A stretch of 64,000 bases of DNA from Cyanobacteria bacterium auto_48_18 (GCA_036170915.1 JAVHQC010000029.1:128001-192000), one strand, 5' to 3'; positions 46,881 to 56,882 are shown, counted from the first letter of the stretch. Notes: generated from the sequence alone by a model not told the origin. Translations and numbers: made by a program.

Positions 46881-48020
46881 TTAGCTTGCGCTGTGGCTAA
46901 AAGACCGCTTGTCGATGTCTACATACTTGAGGTCCATTTCGCCAACATAGTCAGCGCGAGGACGAATCAAGCGGTTATTGGCATATTGCTCAAGCACGTG
47001 TGCTGCCCAACCTGACATGCGGCTGATGGCAAAAATTGGAGTGTACAAGTCATTCGGAATGCCAAGCATGTAATAGACCGAAGCTGAATAAAAGTCGACG
47101 TTAGGGTTGAGACCCTTGTCGGCTTTGACAATCTGCTCGATTTTGTAAGACATGTCGAACCACTTGGTGTCGCCTGCGCGTTTGCCAAGTTCTTGTGACA
47201 TCTTGCGCAAGTGCGAAGCGCGCGGATCTTCAGTTTTATAAACACGGTGACCGAAGCCCATTACTTTTTCGTGCTTCTCGAACATTTTGTCCAAATGAGG
47301 TTCAACGTTAGCGAGTGAGCCCATTTCAAGCAGCATTTTGATTACTTCTTGATTAGCGCCGCCGTGCAATGGCCCTTTGAGAGCACAAATACCAGCAGTG
47401 ATGGCGGAATGCATGTCAGTGAGAGTAGCAGCAGCAACTCTGGCTGCAAAAGTCGAAGCGTTGAGTTCATGGTCAGCATGCAAAATCAGAGCGATGTCGA
47501 GTGATTTGACACTGACTTCATCAGGCTCTTTGCCGCCGCTAAGCATGTACAAGAAATTGGCGGCCAGTGAGCCGTCTTCTTTAGGAATGACTATATCTTT
47601 GCCATTTCTAACCAGGTCCCAGTAAGCCACAAGAGTAGGCAATTGGGCTGTCAGGCGAATAGCTTTGCGAATATTGGCTTCGCGATTATTGTCTTCAGCG
47701 TCGGCGTCATACATAGAAAGCATGGAAACAGTTGTTCTCAAAACTTCCATTGGCAGCGCGTCTTTAGGAAACTGCTTCATAGCCGCAACCACATCGGCAG
47801 GAATGCCACGATTGGTGCGCAGACTTTTTGTCAGCGTAGCCAGTTCTTCTTTAGTGGGAAGATGACCGTACCAGAGCAAATGGATAACTTCTTCAAAAGT
47901 TGAATGCTCGGCCAGATCGTGAATATCGTAACCATGGTAAATAAGTCTACCGGCTGTGCCATCAACAGCACATATGGCTGACTCGGCCGCTACAACGTCT
48001 TCAAGACCACCCTTACCCAT
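46881..48020 (-). CDS. gltA: Citrate synthase
   Basis: GLEDVVAAES, HADHELNAST, GPLHGGAN, GFGHRVYKTEDPR, PNVDFYS. Confidence 0.95.
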   Translation of the reverse strand: MGKGGLEDVVAAESAICAVDGTAGRLIYHGYDIHDLAEHSTFEEVIHLLWYGHLPTKEELATLTKSLRTNRGIPADVVAAMKQFPKDALPMEVLRTTVSMLSMYDADAEDNNREANIRKAIRLTAQLPTLVAYWDLVRNGKDIVIPKEDGSLAANFLYMLSGGKEPDEVSVKSLDIALILHADHELNASTFAARVAAATLTDMHSAITAGICALKGPLHGGANQEVIKMLLEMGSLANVEPHLDKMFEKHEKVMGFGHRVYKTEDPRASHLRKMSQELGKRAGDTKWFDMSYKIEQIVKADKGLNPNVDFYSASVYYMLGIPNDLYTPIFAISRMSGWAAHVLEQYANNRLIRPRADYVGEMDLKYVDIDKRSFSHSAS

Positions 48021-48105
48021 GACCAGATCCCCAAAATTAGTATGAACTAAGCATTTTTATACACCAAATGACATCAATCATCAGGCAAACCATAGCCTTA
48101 TCTTC

Positions 48106-50400
48106 ATGTCTGAGGCACTGCAAGGAAACCGGCACTTGTCAATGGCAAAATTAAATGCAGTGCCCCGGTCGACCCAGAGGGCGCAAAAAAGTGACTCAGA
48201 GAGGCAGCTTGCCTACTTGCGCAAAATCGTAAGGCGTCTCAAAACAAGCATTTTGGCATCTGGTCAAGCAGCCACTGCAAGTTTGGCCACAGCCCTGACG
48301 CAAGAACACAATCAGTGGCAAATCAGCTTGCCGGTCAAAATCATTGCCCATTTCAATCTGGCCATCAGGGGAATAGTGCCCCAGGCTATGGGAGATTCAG
48401 ACTTAAGCCGAGGCTTGCTGAGCCATTTAAACCGGCGATATTTTGATTCAGAAACGCAGGCTACCTTTAACTGCGGTACTTTCTCAGACACTTTGACTAG
48501 AGCATTGACCATCACTGAAGCAGATTGGTCAGGCACTTTGGCCGAACTCTTAAAGCAGGTTGATAGCTGTATTAAAGATCGCAAAGCGACAAAATATTCG
48601 CCACCCAGCCAGCAGCTGATAGAACTGGCAGACAATCGTCTGGCAGTCGGATGGGCTCAAGAAGCGCTGACCGATGAACTGACGCAAGTTTTTACACCTG
48701 AGGCCATAGGCCAATTTCTTGCTCAAGAAGTGCTCGCGACTGGCACAGACTGCCACAGCGCACAAATTCTCGATCCGGCCTGCGGGGCCGGCCATCTAAT
48801 TCTCCCCGCAGCAGAACGCTGGCTGGCCTTGCAAGAATTAAACAAAGAGACTGTGGTCACAGCTCTCAATAGCCTGTTCGCCGAAAAACTGATCGGCCTG
48901 GATATCGAGCAAAATCTTCTCAAGCTCAGCGGATTTGCTCTCTATTTATTAGCTATGGACACACTGGGGCAATTTTTCGATGCGTCAGATGCTGCAGCAG
49001 AGAGCTTCGGTGAGAGCCTAATTGACTTATCACTGCCACAACTTTTTCTAATAGAAGGAACCGGCGGCAGTCTGCAGTTGGGCGGCAGTGATACTTCTGC
49101 GTTTGATTTAATTGATTTGATTGATCTCGAGGGGGCCAGGCGCAAAGCCTCTGAGCTTCCCGCAAAATATATTCAAATCATTATGAACCCGCCGTATCTG
49201 AGTACGCGCACTATGGACGGTGCCACTGCTTCTTACTTGAAAAACCATTATCCTGATTGTGCCGGTGATCTCTACACGGCATTCATAGAGTTAGCAATAC
49301 GAATGCTCGCGCCCGGTGGACGACTGGCAACAATTGTGCAGCAGAGTTTTTTATCTATTCAGCGCTATCGCAATTTTCGCTTGCGCCTGATTGAACAGTG
49401 CCACATCGCTTCGTGCTTAACGCTTGGACATGGCAGCTTCAGCTCGCGCCCTGGCGAAAAAGTCAACAGCGCTTTGCTCACACTTGAACTCAAAGAAGAT
49501 TGCGTAGCGACTAAAACCAACACACTTGTTTATGGGCAAACAGACATAGAATTTTTGACAAAGCCACAGAATCTAAATAGCGTTGACGAAATTGAGGCAC
49601 TAAATATAGTGCGACAAATTAGCGGTAACCCGTTTGCCTTCGATTGCCCGGCACAACTAGCCGGTCTGTTCGCAGAACATCAGCAGTTAAAAGATATCGA
49701 AGGAATCACAATTACCAATGGTCTCTTTACTTGCAACAATAAGCTGTTCGTTTGTCTCGATCAAGAGATCGCCCTAAGCGATAAAGATAATTATGTCGCT
49801 TATGATAAAGGAGGCGGGCAAAAGTGGTATCACAAAACTAATTATCGATTACGCTGGCAAAATGATGGCGCTGAAATTCGAGAATATCGCAAAGCCCGCG
49901 GACAATCATGGATGCTGCCTGGTGAAGAATTTTATTTCAAGCCGGGAGTGACTTATTCGTACATTGGCACGACCGGCTTTAAGGCACGCTTGTTAAGCGA
50001 AAATGCTGTTTTCGATATCGCCAGCTCCGCACTGTTTTCACAAAAAACAGATTTATTGTATCTGCTCGGTTTTCTCAATTCTTCACTGGCAATTTATTTG
50101 CTGGGAGTGCTGAACCCCACAGTGAATTTCCAGGTCGGCGACCTCAGGCGTCTTCCGTTTAAATTGCCATCGCCGGATCTTGAACGCAGTGTTGCCGCTC
50201 TGGTGGCTGAGGCAGTAGCTTTGAGCCGATATCTGGAAGAGAGTCGGCTTGCTGAAAATAACTCAGAGTTTGGCCTGATAGCCGAGCAAGAAGCAGCGAT
50301 TCAAAGCAAAATTGACGATTGCATCAGTAATCACTATGGCATTGCCGAAAGCAATCGCGCGCTTATCTCGGCAAATAACTGGGTTCTAAATAGTCGCTAG
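48106..50400 (+). CDS. N6-adenine DNA methyltransferase, BREX PglX-like, shortened
   Basis: TQVFTP, ILDPACGAGH (motif I), MNPPY (motif IV), DLYTAFIE, YDKGGGQKWY, FYFKPGVTYS, LLGFLNS, LNPTVNFQVGD. Confidence 0.8.
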   Translation: MSEALQGNRHLSMAKLNAVPRSTQRAQKSDSERQLAYLRKIVRRLKTSILASGQAATASLATALTQEHNQWQISLPVKIIAHFNLAIRGIVPQAMGDSDLSRGLLSHLNRRYFDSETQATFNCGTFSDTLTRALTITEADWSGTLAELLKQVDSCIKDRKATKYSPPSQQLIELADNRLAVGWAQEALTDELTQVFTPEAIGQFLAQEVLATGTDCHSAQILDPACGAGHLILPAAERWLALQELNKETVVTALNSLFAEKLIGLDIEQNLLKLSGFALYLLAMDTLGQFFDASDAAAESFGESLIDLSLPQLFLIEGTGGSLQLGGSDTSAFDLIDLIDLEGARRKASELPAKYIQIIMNPPYLSTRTMDGATASYLKNHYPDCAGDLYTAFIELAIRMLAPGGRLATIVQQSFLSIQRYRNFRLRLIEQCHIASCLTLGHGSFSSRPGEKVNSALLTLELKEDCVATKTNTLVYGQTDIEFLTKPQNLNSVDEIEALNIVRQISGNPFAFDCPAQLAGLFAEHQQLKDIEGITITNGLFTCNNKLFVCLDQEIALSDKDNYVAYDKGGGQKWYHKTNYRLRWQNDGAEIREYRKARGQSWMLPGEEFYFKPGVTYSYIGTTGFKARLLSENAVFDIASSALFSQKTDLLYLLGFLNSSLAIYLLGVLNPTVNFQVGDLRRLPFKLPSPDLERSVAALVAEAVALSRYLEESRLAENNSEFGLIAEQEAAIQSKIDDCISNHYGIAESNRALISANNWVLNSR

Positions 50401-50508
50401 CATTGACGAAGTTTAAGAGGAGCCGTGGCTCGCTTCAGCAGAACTACCCCGAGCACGCATGGTAAAACTGTAGCAACAAATCTACAGTGCCAGAAGGCAA
50501 TTTAATCA

Positions 50509-52290
50509 GTGAAACTTTCGCAAAAAGGTCTAATTCTTGTTCTGGTGCCGGTAGCCTTCGAATTTTTATTTGTCGGCGTTCTGTTTTACATGTTGCAGCA
50601 GTCAGAGCTTGAGTTGACCCGCGCTGAAAATGCCAGGCAAATCGTCACGCACCTAAATCGAGTGCAGAGACATTTGCTGATTTTCATCAGCGGTTTAACT
50701 CCGTATGCAGGCCTTGAAAGTGCAAAAGGGCGGGCCCGCACTGAACAGTCGATGAATGCCATCAATGGCGAAATTGATGCTTTAAAACTTTGCTTAAAGG
50801 ACAAACCAGAGCAACTCGCCACCATTGAAAATATGCAACAGATGTGGAAAGAGGCGCAAGACATTTCCATCACGCTTAAAAGTTCCATGGCCGCCAACAC
50901 ACTTTACGACACTGCCAGCAGCATTAGTAAGGGTAGGCGAATGATGGCAGTGCTGCTGAAACAGTCAGACGAGGTGAGGCAGCAAACCGAAGCTATCGAG
51001 GCTGATAGCCCCATAAGACAAGCGGAAAACCGCGAGAATATGAAAAAGCTGCTGCTGGCCGGTCTTGCTGTTAATGTGCTTCTGGCACTCAGTCTTGCCA
51101 TTTCATTTAATAAGGTTTTGGCGAGAAGGCTAGCAATTGTAGTGGACAACACCAGGCGCCTTGCCAGTGCTAAACCGCTCAATCAGCCTCTCAGCGGCAA
51201 CGATGAGATTGCTGAACTAGATAAAGTGTTTGGAAAAATGGCGGCAGCCATCAGTGCCTCTCAACAGAAAGAACGAGCATTACTAGACAATGCCGTCGAT
51301 ATAATTTGTTCACTTGATCACGCTTGCACCATATCTGACATAAGCCCAGCCTGCATGAAGTTATGGGGTTATGCGCCCGAAGATTTGCTCTCAAGGCGAA
51401 TCTTAAGCCTTGTGGCCGAAGAAGACACAGACCAAACTAAGGCACAATTTGACGCAATTAAGACCAGCGGCAATACAGAAAATATTGAAAATCGCATCAG
51501 GCGCAAAGACGGCAGCATGATTGACATGCTCTGGTCTGTGAGCTGGGTCGCCAGCGAAAAAGCATTCTTTTGCGTCGCGCACGATGACACCGACCGCAAA
51601 AATGCCGAACGTATGAAGGCAGATTTCGTCTCAATGCTCAGCCATGACCTGCGCTCACCTTTAAACTCTATTCAAGCATTTGTCTGCATGATTAAAGAAA
51701 AGGTTTATGGCACACTAGACGAACGTGGCATGAGACAGGCCATTGCTCTAGACGAAACCATTACCTGGCTGATTGAAATGATTAGCAACTTGCTCGACAT
51801 CGATAAAATTGAAGCCGGTCTTTCTGAACTTGAATTAGATAAGCAATCACTCAAAGGTCTGCTCGAACAAGCCAATAATGCTCTTTCAAATTCGGCTGAA
51901 GCAAAAAAAATAGCAATAATACTTCCGGCCAACGACGCCATGGCGCTGGTAGACAGTGGTCTATTTATGCGTGTTTTGACTAACTTGCTTTCAAACGCCA
52001 TCAAATTTTCGTCACCCGGCTCTGAGGTCAGAATAATGCTGGAAAGAAAACCTGAAATGGTAACCATCAATTTTATAGACCAGGGGCCAGGCATAGCTGC
52101 AGCCGACCAGGCGACCATTTTTGAACGCTACAAGCAGATCAAAGGGCAATCGGAACAGAGGCGCGGTTCTGGGCTTGGACTGGCAGTCTGTAAGACCATT
52201 GTCGAACAGCACAAAGGCACCATTGGAGTAACAAGCACTCCAGGGCAGGGCAGCACCTTCTGGGTGCGCCTGCCGGCGGCTGATGCGTAA
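50509..52290 (+). CDS. Sensor histidine kinase (TM, helical periplasmic domain, TM, HAMP, PAS, HisKA, HATPase)
   Basis: GNDEIAEL (HAMP), LWGYAPEDL...RRKDGS (PAS), SHDLRSPL, NLLSNAIKFS, DQGPG, GSGLGL. Confidence 0.93.
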   Translation: MKLSQKGLILVLVPVAFEFLFVGVLFYMLQQSELELTRAENARQIVTHLNRVQRHLLIFISGLTPYAGLESAKGRARTEQSMNAINGEIDALKLCLKDKPEQLATIENMQQMWKEAQDISITLKSSMAANTLYDTASSISKGRRMMAVLLKQSDEVRQQTEAIEADSPIRQAENRENMKKLLLAGLAVNVLLALSLAISFNKVLARRLAIVVDNTRRLASAKPLNQPLSGNDEIAELDKVFGKMAAAISASQQKERALLDNAVDIICSLDHACTISDISPACMKLWGYAPEDLLSRRILSLVAEEDTDQTKAQFDAIKTSGNTENIENRIRRKDGSMIDMLWSVSWVASEKAFFCVAHDDTDRKNAERMKADFVSMLSHDLRSPLNSIQAFVCMIKEKVYGTLDERGMRQAIALDETITWLIEMISNLLDIDKIEAGLSELELDKQSLKGLLEQANNALSNSAEAKKIAIILPANDAMALVDSGLFMRVLTNLLSNAIKFSSPGSEVRIMLERKPEMVTINFIDQGPGIAAADQATIFERYKQIKGQSEQRRGSGLGLAVCKTIVEQHKGTIGVTSTPGQGSTFWVRLPAADA

Positions 52291-52335
52291 TAACTCGTGT
52301 AAAGAGACCTGGCAGCCTTTGTAACTGTGATGCAG

Positions 52336-52381
52336 AGTCACGGGTACGCCACAATTGGAAATTAGATTCAATAGACGAAGC
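52336..52381 (+). promoter_or_regulatory. Copy 1 of duplicated 46-bp promoter element (GTCAC-N6-GCCAC, 10 nt, TAGATT)
   Basis: 45/46 identical to 54541..54586. Confidence 0.75.
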
Positions 52382-52431
52382 GCACCCAATTAGTTAAGGG
52401 TTGGCGTTGTGTTCCTCTGGAGGATTTAATT

Positions 52432-53415
52432 GTGCAAAAAGTCGAAGCTAATTTTGAAACACCAAAATTACAGGCCACAGAACAAAACAGCTCTGTCCGG
52501 CTATTGGCCGACTCACAACAGTCCTCGGCGGCACAAAAAGCAGACTGCACACAGCCAAAAAGCTTGCTCAGCCAGATAGAACAGCAGACTATTCTAGACA
52601 ACAGCATCGGCATCGATATTTTCGGCGGCTTCAGTCAAAACCGGCCAAAAGCCTGTGAGCAAGCTGCAAATCCTTTCAGCCGCCCTGATGGCGCGGTGCG
52701 TAAAACTGATGAAAAAGAATGGAAATTTGCACCTCATTCTGAAACGCTTAGTGAAGAAGGCCAGGCTCAAAACGCCTCTGATTTCATTCAATTAAACATG
52801 AAGAAGCTAGATCAATCAGGTGACGGTGCGATCAGTCGAAACGAAGTTCAAAACAGCCTTAAGCATGAAACCAGCACCGAGGGAAAAAGGCAGCTGGAAA
52901 ACATACTGGAAAATTTTGACGAACTGAAGGGCGCCAACAAATTTGACTTGAAAGACGGCATTACTATGAAAGACGCCATAAGAACTCGCCAAGAATTAGC
53001 TATCGAAGTTGGAATAGAAACCCTCGCTGATGGCTTGCTTACAGGCAGAGATGCGCTTTTCTTCGCCTTAGACAGCGCAACTGAAGGCAAAAGCGATGGC
53101 AAAATTACAAAAATGGATCTAGTCAATTTTATTTTCGAGTGCAAAAAACTTGAGAAAGAGCATAACAACAATGATGGTATTCACTGGCCTGAAAATGCAG
53201 CCATTGCCCAAAAGATGCTCAACGAATGGCACAAGCGTGATTCACCTACCAACAGAATTGTGGAGCTCAGCGCCCTCGACGTACTTACAGGTGGCTCAGG
53301 GGCAATAACTGCAGAGTCGCTTGCCAAAAAACTTGATGACCCAAGACCACTAAATGGAAACAGCGGCTTTCGGCAAGCTCAAGAACTGATAAAACGCCAT
53401 AACCAATGGCACTAA
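52432..53415 (+). CDS. EF-hand-like hypothetical protein 1
   Basis: LDQSGDGAISRNE, DGITMKD, SDGKITKMD; GGAGG SD. Confidence 0.8.
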   Translation: MQKVEANFETPKLQATEQNSSVRLLADSQQSSAAQKADCTQPKSLLSQIEQQTILDNSIGIDIFGGFSQNRPKACEQAANPFSRPDGAVRKTDEKEWKFAPHSETLSEEGQAQNASDFIQLNMKKLDQSGDGAISRNEVQNSLKHETSTEGKRQLENILENFDELKGANKFDLKDGITMKDAIRTRQELAIEVGIETLADGLLTGRDALFFALDSATEGKSDGKITKMDLVNFIFECKKLEKEHNNNDGIHWPENAAIAQKMLNEWHKRDSPTNRIVELSALDVLTGGSGAITAESLAKKLDDPRPLNGNSGFRQAQELIKRHNQWH

Positions 53416-53477
53416 ATTCAATCGCATAAGTTTATAAGCCTCTACCCCCCAAGGAATACGGAATAAGGAATAAATCA

Positions 53478-54419
53478 ATGTCTACAGCAGAGCAATTCGA
53501 GCAACCGCCGCTTGTTCTAGATACTAAAAACAGCCAAGATGCTCTCAAGAAACTGAGCGAAGAATTGGGTGTTTACTCTGATTTCAGCAGTCAACCACAG
53601 CCACCACAATTTAAGATCACTCCTCAAGCTGATTGCCCCTCATCTCGGAAAGCAGCAGTCACGCTCGACAATATCGGCGACTGGTTTGCGCAAAACGCCA
53701 AAATTTATGACCAGGATAGCGACAATGCATTAAGTACAAGAGAGATGCGCAATGCACTGAGGAACAGATGTATTCCCGCTCAAGATGCGGAGAGTATAAA
53801 GTTGATTCTAGACAATCAGTACTTTTTTGGCCAAGTTCACGATGACTATGGTGGGGACCAGAAAAGAATCATTAACTACTATAAAACTGCAAAAAGTTCA
53901 ACAGTAGAGCCTCCCGCTTTTGTAAGTGATAAAGACATGTCGACTTACGATGGCTGGCGGAAGATTGGTAAAGACGATATGCAAAAATTAAAAGAATTAG
54001 ATTTGGTTGCCTACAACAGCATGGAATTTTTGAAAAAACATTTCTCCACTCTGGATACCGACAACAACTCTAAGATATCGCAGAAAGAACTGGACGGCGC
54101 TATCAAGAGCGGCCGTTTCCACGGGAACGACTTGTATACAGCACAAACAGTAGCCTCGACTTTTGAGAATATCACTAATATATCCAATCCAAGAGGCCGA
54201 CGCACTAGAGCATTTAACTCACTTTTCGGCATCGAAGAACAAATTTCTCGAGGAACCATCGCCGGCTACGTGATGGAGCGAAACGATCAATTTGACTCAT
54301 TCGGCGAGAGCTTTAAAAAACTTCTTAGCAGAGCAAATAGAGCTAACGCGATTGCATACTATGACGGTCCAAAATTGCCAGAAGCGGCGAAAGAAGTAAA
54401 GCCACAGGGTGATTGGTAG
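53478..54419 (+). CDS. EF-hand-like hypothetical protein 2
   Basis: YDQDSDNALSTRE, LDTDNNSKISQKE; AAGGA SD. Confidence 0.8.
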   Translation: MSTAEQFEQPPLVLDTKNSQDALKKLSEELGVYSDFSSQPQPPQFKITPQADCPSSRKAAVTLDNIGDWFAQNAKIYDQDSDNALSTREMRNALRNRCIPAQDAESIKLILDNQYFFGQVHDDYGGDQKRIINYYKTAKSSTVEPPAFVSDKDMSTYDGWRKIGKDDMQKLKELDLVAYNSMEFLKKHFSTLDTDNNSKISQKELDGAIKSGRFHGNDLYTAQTVASTFENITNISNPRGRRTRAFNSLFGIEEQISRGTIAGYVMERNDQFDSFGESFKKLLSRANRANAIAYYDGPKLPEAAKEVKPQGDW

Positions 54420-54464
54420 ATGGGCTACGACTAGTCTTCTTCAGAGTCTAAACATTGCTATGGT

Positions 54465-54505
54465 AAAAACGCAGAGAAATTTGCGGAAAATTTCTCTGCG
54501 TTTTT
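54465..54505. terminator. Perfect 18-bp-stem hairpin terminator
   Basis: aaaaacgcagagaaattt-gcgga-aaatttctctgcgttttt. Confidence 0.85.
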
Positions 54506-54540
54506 GAACACACAGCACAAGGCCCAGTGATGAGTCGCAA

Positions 54541-54586
54541 AGTCACGGGTACGCCACAATTGGAAATTAAATTCAATAGACGAAGC
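54541..54586 (+). promoter_or_regulatory. Copy 2 of duplicated 46-bp promoter element (GTCAC-N6-GCCAC, 10 nt, TAAATT)
   Basis: 45/46 identical to 52336..52381. Confidence 0.75.
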
Positions 54587-54635
54587 CGACCGCGTCCGGT
54601 GGAGAACTTAAACCATAACAGGAAGGAATTTTTAA

Positions 54636-55400
54636 ATGTCGCACCTGGAATTAAAAACCGAAGTCGTCAACGAATCAAATATAAACAGCCCAGCTTTTAG
54701 TTCTGCAAACGCATTTATCAATGAAGTTTCGGACTCTCTAAAAGCCATGCCTGCCGCAGCTTTAAAGCAGGCCAGGCTTGGGGAAGCTGCAGAATATGTG
54801 CAGCAAAACATGACCAGCCTCGACAAATCAGGCAACGGATTTATAGACATGAAAGAACTGCAAATGGCTAAACAAAGAGCTGCTGATCCATGCGAAAAAG
54901 CTAAGATCGATAATGTCATTACCAATTACGATCAAATCAAAGGCGCTGTTAAAATAGAGTTTGGCACCGGCATATCGCGCAAAGATGCCGATGAAATTAG
55001 CTTTGAAGCCAAAATTTATGCTGAAGCTCGAACCATTGTTAAAGCACTTTTTGAAGGTCCTAAACCGCTCTACACTGCTCTGGATAAAAACCCAAACAGC
55101 AGGCGCAACCCCGGAATCGATCAGAACGAACTGCTAAGCTTCCTCAATACTTACGAGAGCCAAAAACGTTCGGGAAACGTCAATAACGATTCTATCTATA
55201 GTGATAAAAATGGCCAAATAGTCACTAATATACTCGCCCACTGGAACGACAAAAATTCTGCGGTGTCTCGGCTGACTCGCCGCGATTGGGCAATTGACCC
55301 CTGTGTAATCGGCTCTGCCCTAGATATGAAATTCGAAAATCGCAACCACCAGGACAGGTCTGAAGTGTTAATCAAACGTGCTGCCAAAGGCGAAATTTAG
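54636..55400 (+). CDS. EF-hand-like hypothetical protein 3 (paralog of protein 1)
   Basis: LDKSGNGFIDMKE, NYDQIKGA...GISRKD, LAHWNDKNS. Confidence 0.8.
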   Translation: MSHLELKTEVVNESNINSPAFSSANAFINEVSDSLKAMPAAALKQARLGEAAEYVQQNMTSLDKSGNGFIDMKELQMAKQRAADPCEKAKIDNVITNYDQIKGAVKIEFGTGISRKDADEISFEAKIYAEARTIVKALFEGPKPLYTALDKNPNSRRNPGIDQNELLSFLNTYESQKRSGNVNNDSIYSDKNGQIVTNILAHWNDKNSAVSRLTRRDWAIDPCVIGSALDMKFENRNHQDRSEVLIKRAAKGEI

Positions 55401-56080
55401 TCTGCCACTTCCAATTTATATCCAAATCCATAAACGTTTTTGATCAATGACTCTTCACGTCCGTCATCGATGCGTTTGCGCAAGCGTTTAATGGTGGTCC
55501 TCACCGCTTCCGGACCAGCTTCAGCCTCAGATTTCCAAACATGATGCAATAACGCGTCACTGTTAAATACTTGATTTGGATGACGCATTAAGAACTCCAG
55601 CAATGCAAATTCAATGGGCCAGAGTTCGATTACTTGCCCGTCTCTTTTCAAAATACGCGAGGCCGAATCGATAACTAGGTCTGCTACTTTTAAAGTCTCT
55701 ACTGGTTTGTTGGTCTTTCTTCGCAAAAGGGCACGTATCCGCGCAGACAGTTCGCGCAAATCGGCAGGTTTGGTCAAATAATCATCGGCGCCAGCATCTA
55801 ATCCACTCTCTTTTGAATCAATTGAATTCTTTCCAGTCAACATCAATACCGGCGATGTGCCACCATTTTTGCGGTAGCCCTGGCAAACTTCAATACCTTT
55901 TTTTTCGGGCATGTCCCAATCAAGAATGATCACGTCATACTCATAACTCTTGAGCATTTCTTCGGCGTCGCCGCCACTGTGGGTCATATCGACAGTATAG
56001 TTTTCATGAACCAGCCAATCTCTAACAAGACTGCAAAGCTGTTTATCATCGTCTGCTAAAAGAATTCTGGCCATATGCAA
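55397..56080 (-). CDS. OmpR/PhoB-family response regulator
   Basis: ILLADDD, ILDWDMP, GADDYLTKP, winged helix with IKRLRKRI...NVYGFGY. Confidence 0.95.
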   Translation of the reverse strand: MHMARILLADDDKQLCSLVRDWLVHENYTVDMTHSGGDAEEMLKSYEYDVIILDWDMPEKKGIEVCQGYRKNGGTSPVLMLTGKNSIDSKESGLDAGADDYLTKPADLRELSARIRALLRRKTNKPVETLKVADLVIDSASRILKRDGQVIELWPIEFALLEFLMRHPNQVFNSDALLHHVWKSEAEAGPEAVRTTIKRLRKRIDDGREESLIKNVYGFGYKLEVAD

Positions 56081-56126
56081 TAAAGATATCAGTTAAACAA
56101 AACAGACACAATAATAAGAGACTGAA

Positions 56127-56876
56127 CTAGTTTAGTTCAATTGGAACCGCGTGTGCCACGGTCAAGCTCAAATCAAAATTGAGGCCGGCAGCGATTTTCT
56201 CAGCATCAAAATCTAGATGCTCAAAATGCAGAGCCCGCGCCACAATGCCCACGCCGGCTTGCTGCGCTGCCCGCAAAGCTTGGCCATAGAGCGGATCTAT
56301 AGCATCAGCAGAAGAGAACGATTGAGCGTCGCTACGACCAATTAAATAAAATTGCGTGGCTGCGTAGCCTCCCGCGACGGCCATGCTCAATGTGGCCAAA
56401 TGTTTGCGGCCGCGCTCAGTGCGCGAATCGGGAAACAGTGCCTGGCCATTTTGCCAGAGCGTTGTCGATTTAACTTCCACAAAACAGTGCGAGAGATTGG
56501 CTTGAGTACTTTTACTTAAGCGAAAATCAAAGCGGCTGTCGGCAAAAACTTGCTCACTTTCAATTTTGTCAAAATTGGCAAACTCAGTCAGAGTGCCTGA
56601 AGTAAAAGCCTCTTTAAAGAGCTTGTTGGCCAACAGTGTATCAACCACAACCAGTGAAGTAGGCGTCTGTACAAGCTTCATGCTCCAGGCCAATTTGCGT
56701 GACGGAGCAGGGCAATGACTGAGATATACAGTCATGCCTGGGTCGCTCATACCAAGCATTGATCCCGGATTAGCACAATGAGCAGTGACAACGGTGCCAT
56801 CTTGCAACTTCACATCGGCTAGAAAACGTTTATAGCGTTTCTCAAGCTTTGCTTGAACCAGTCCGGTGAGAATCAT
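56127..56876 (-). CDS. sfsA: SfsA family DNA/RNA nuclease
   Basis: KRYKRFLADV, HCANPGSM, SRFDF, VEVKS, FPDSRTERGRKHL. Confidence 0.93.
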   Translation of the reverse strand: MILTGLVQAKLEKRYKRFLADVKLQDGTVVTAHCANPGSMLGMSDPGMTVYLSHCPAPSRKLAWSMKLVQTPTSLVVVDTLLANKLFKEAFTSGTLTEFANFDKIESEQVFADSRFDFRLSKSTQANLSHCFVEVKSTTLWQNGQALFPDSRTERGRKHLATLSMAVAGGYAATQFYLIGRSDAQSFSSADAIDPLYGQALRAAQQAGVGIVARALHFEHLDFDAEKIAAGLNFDLSLTVAHAVPIELN

Positions 56877-56882
56877 ATCTAA

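Noticed and set aside
52336..54586. 46-bp direct repeats as prophage/transposon ends or CRISPR repeats
   Set aside because: Only two copies 2.2 kb apart, each about 50 nt upstream of a paralogous start codon; no recombinase, transposase or cas gene
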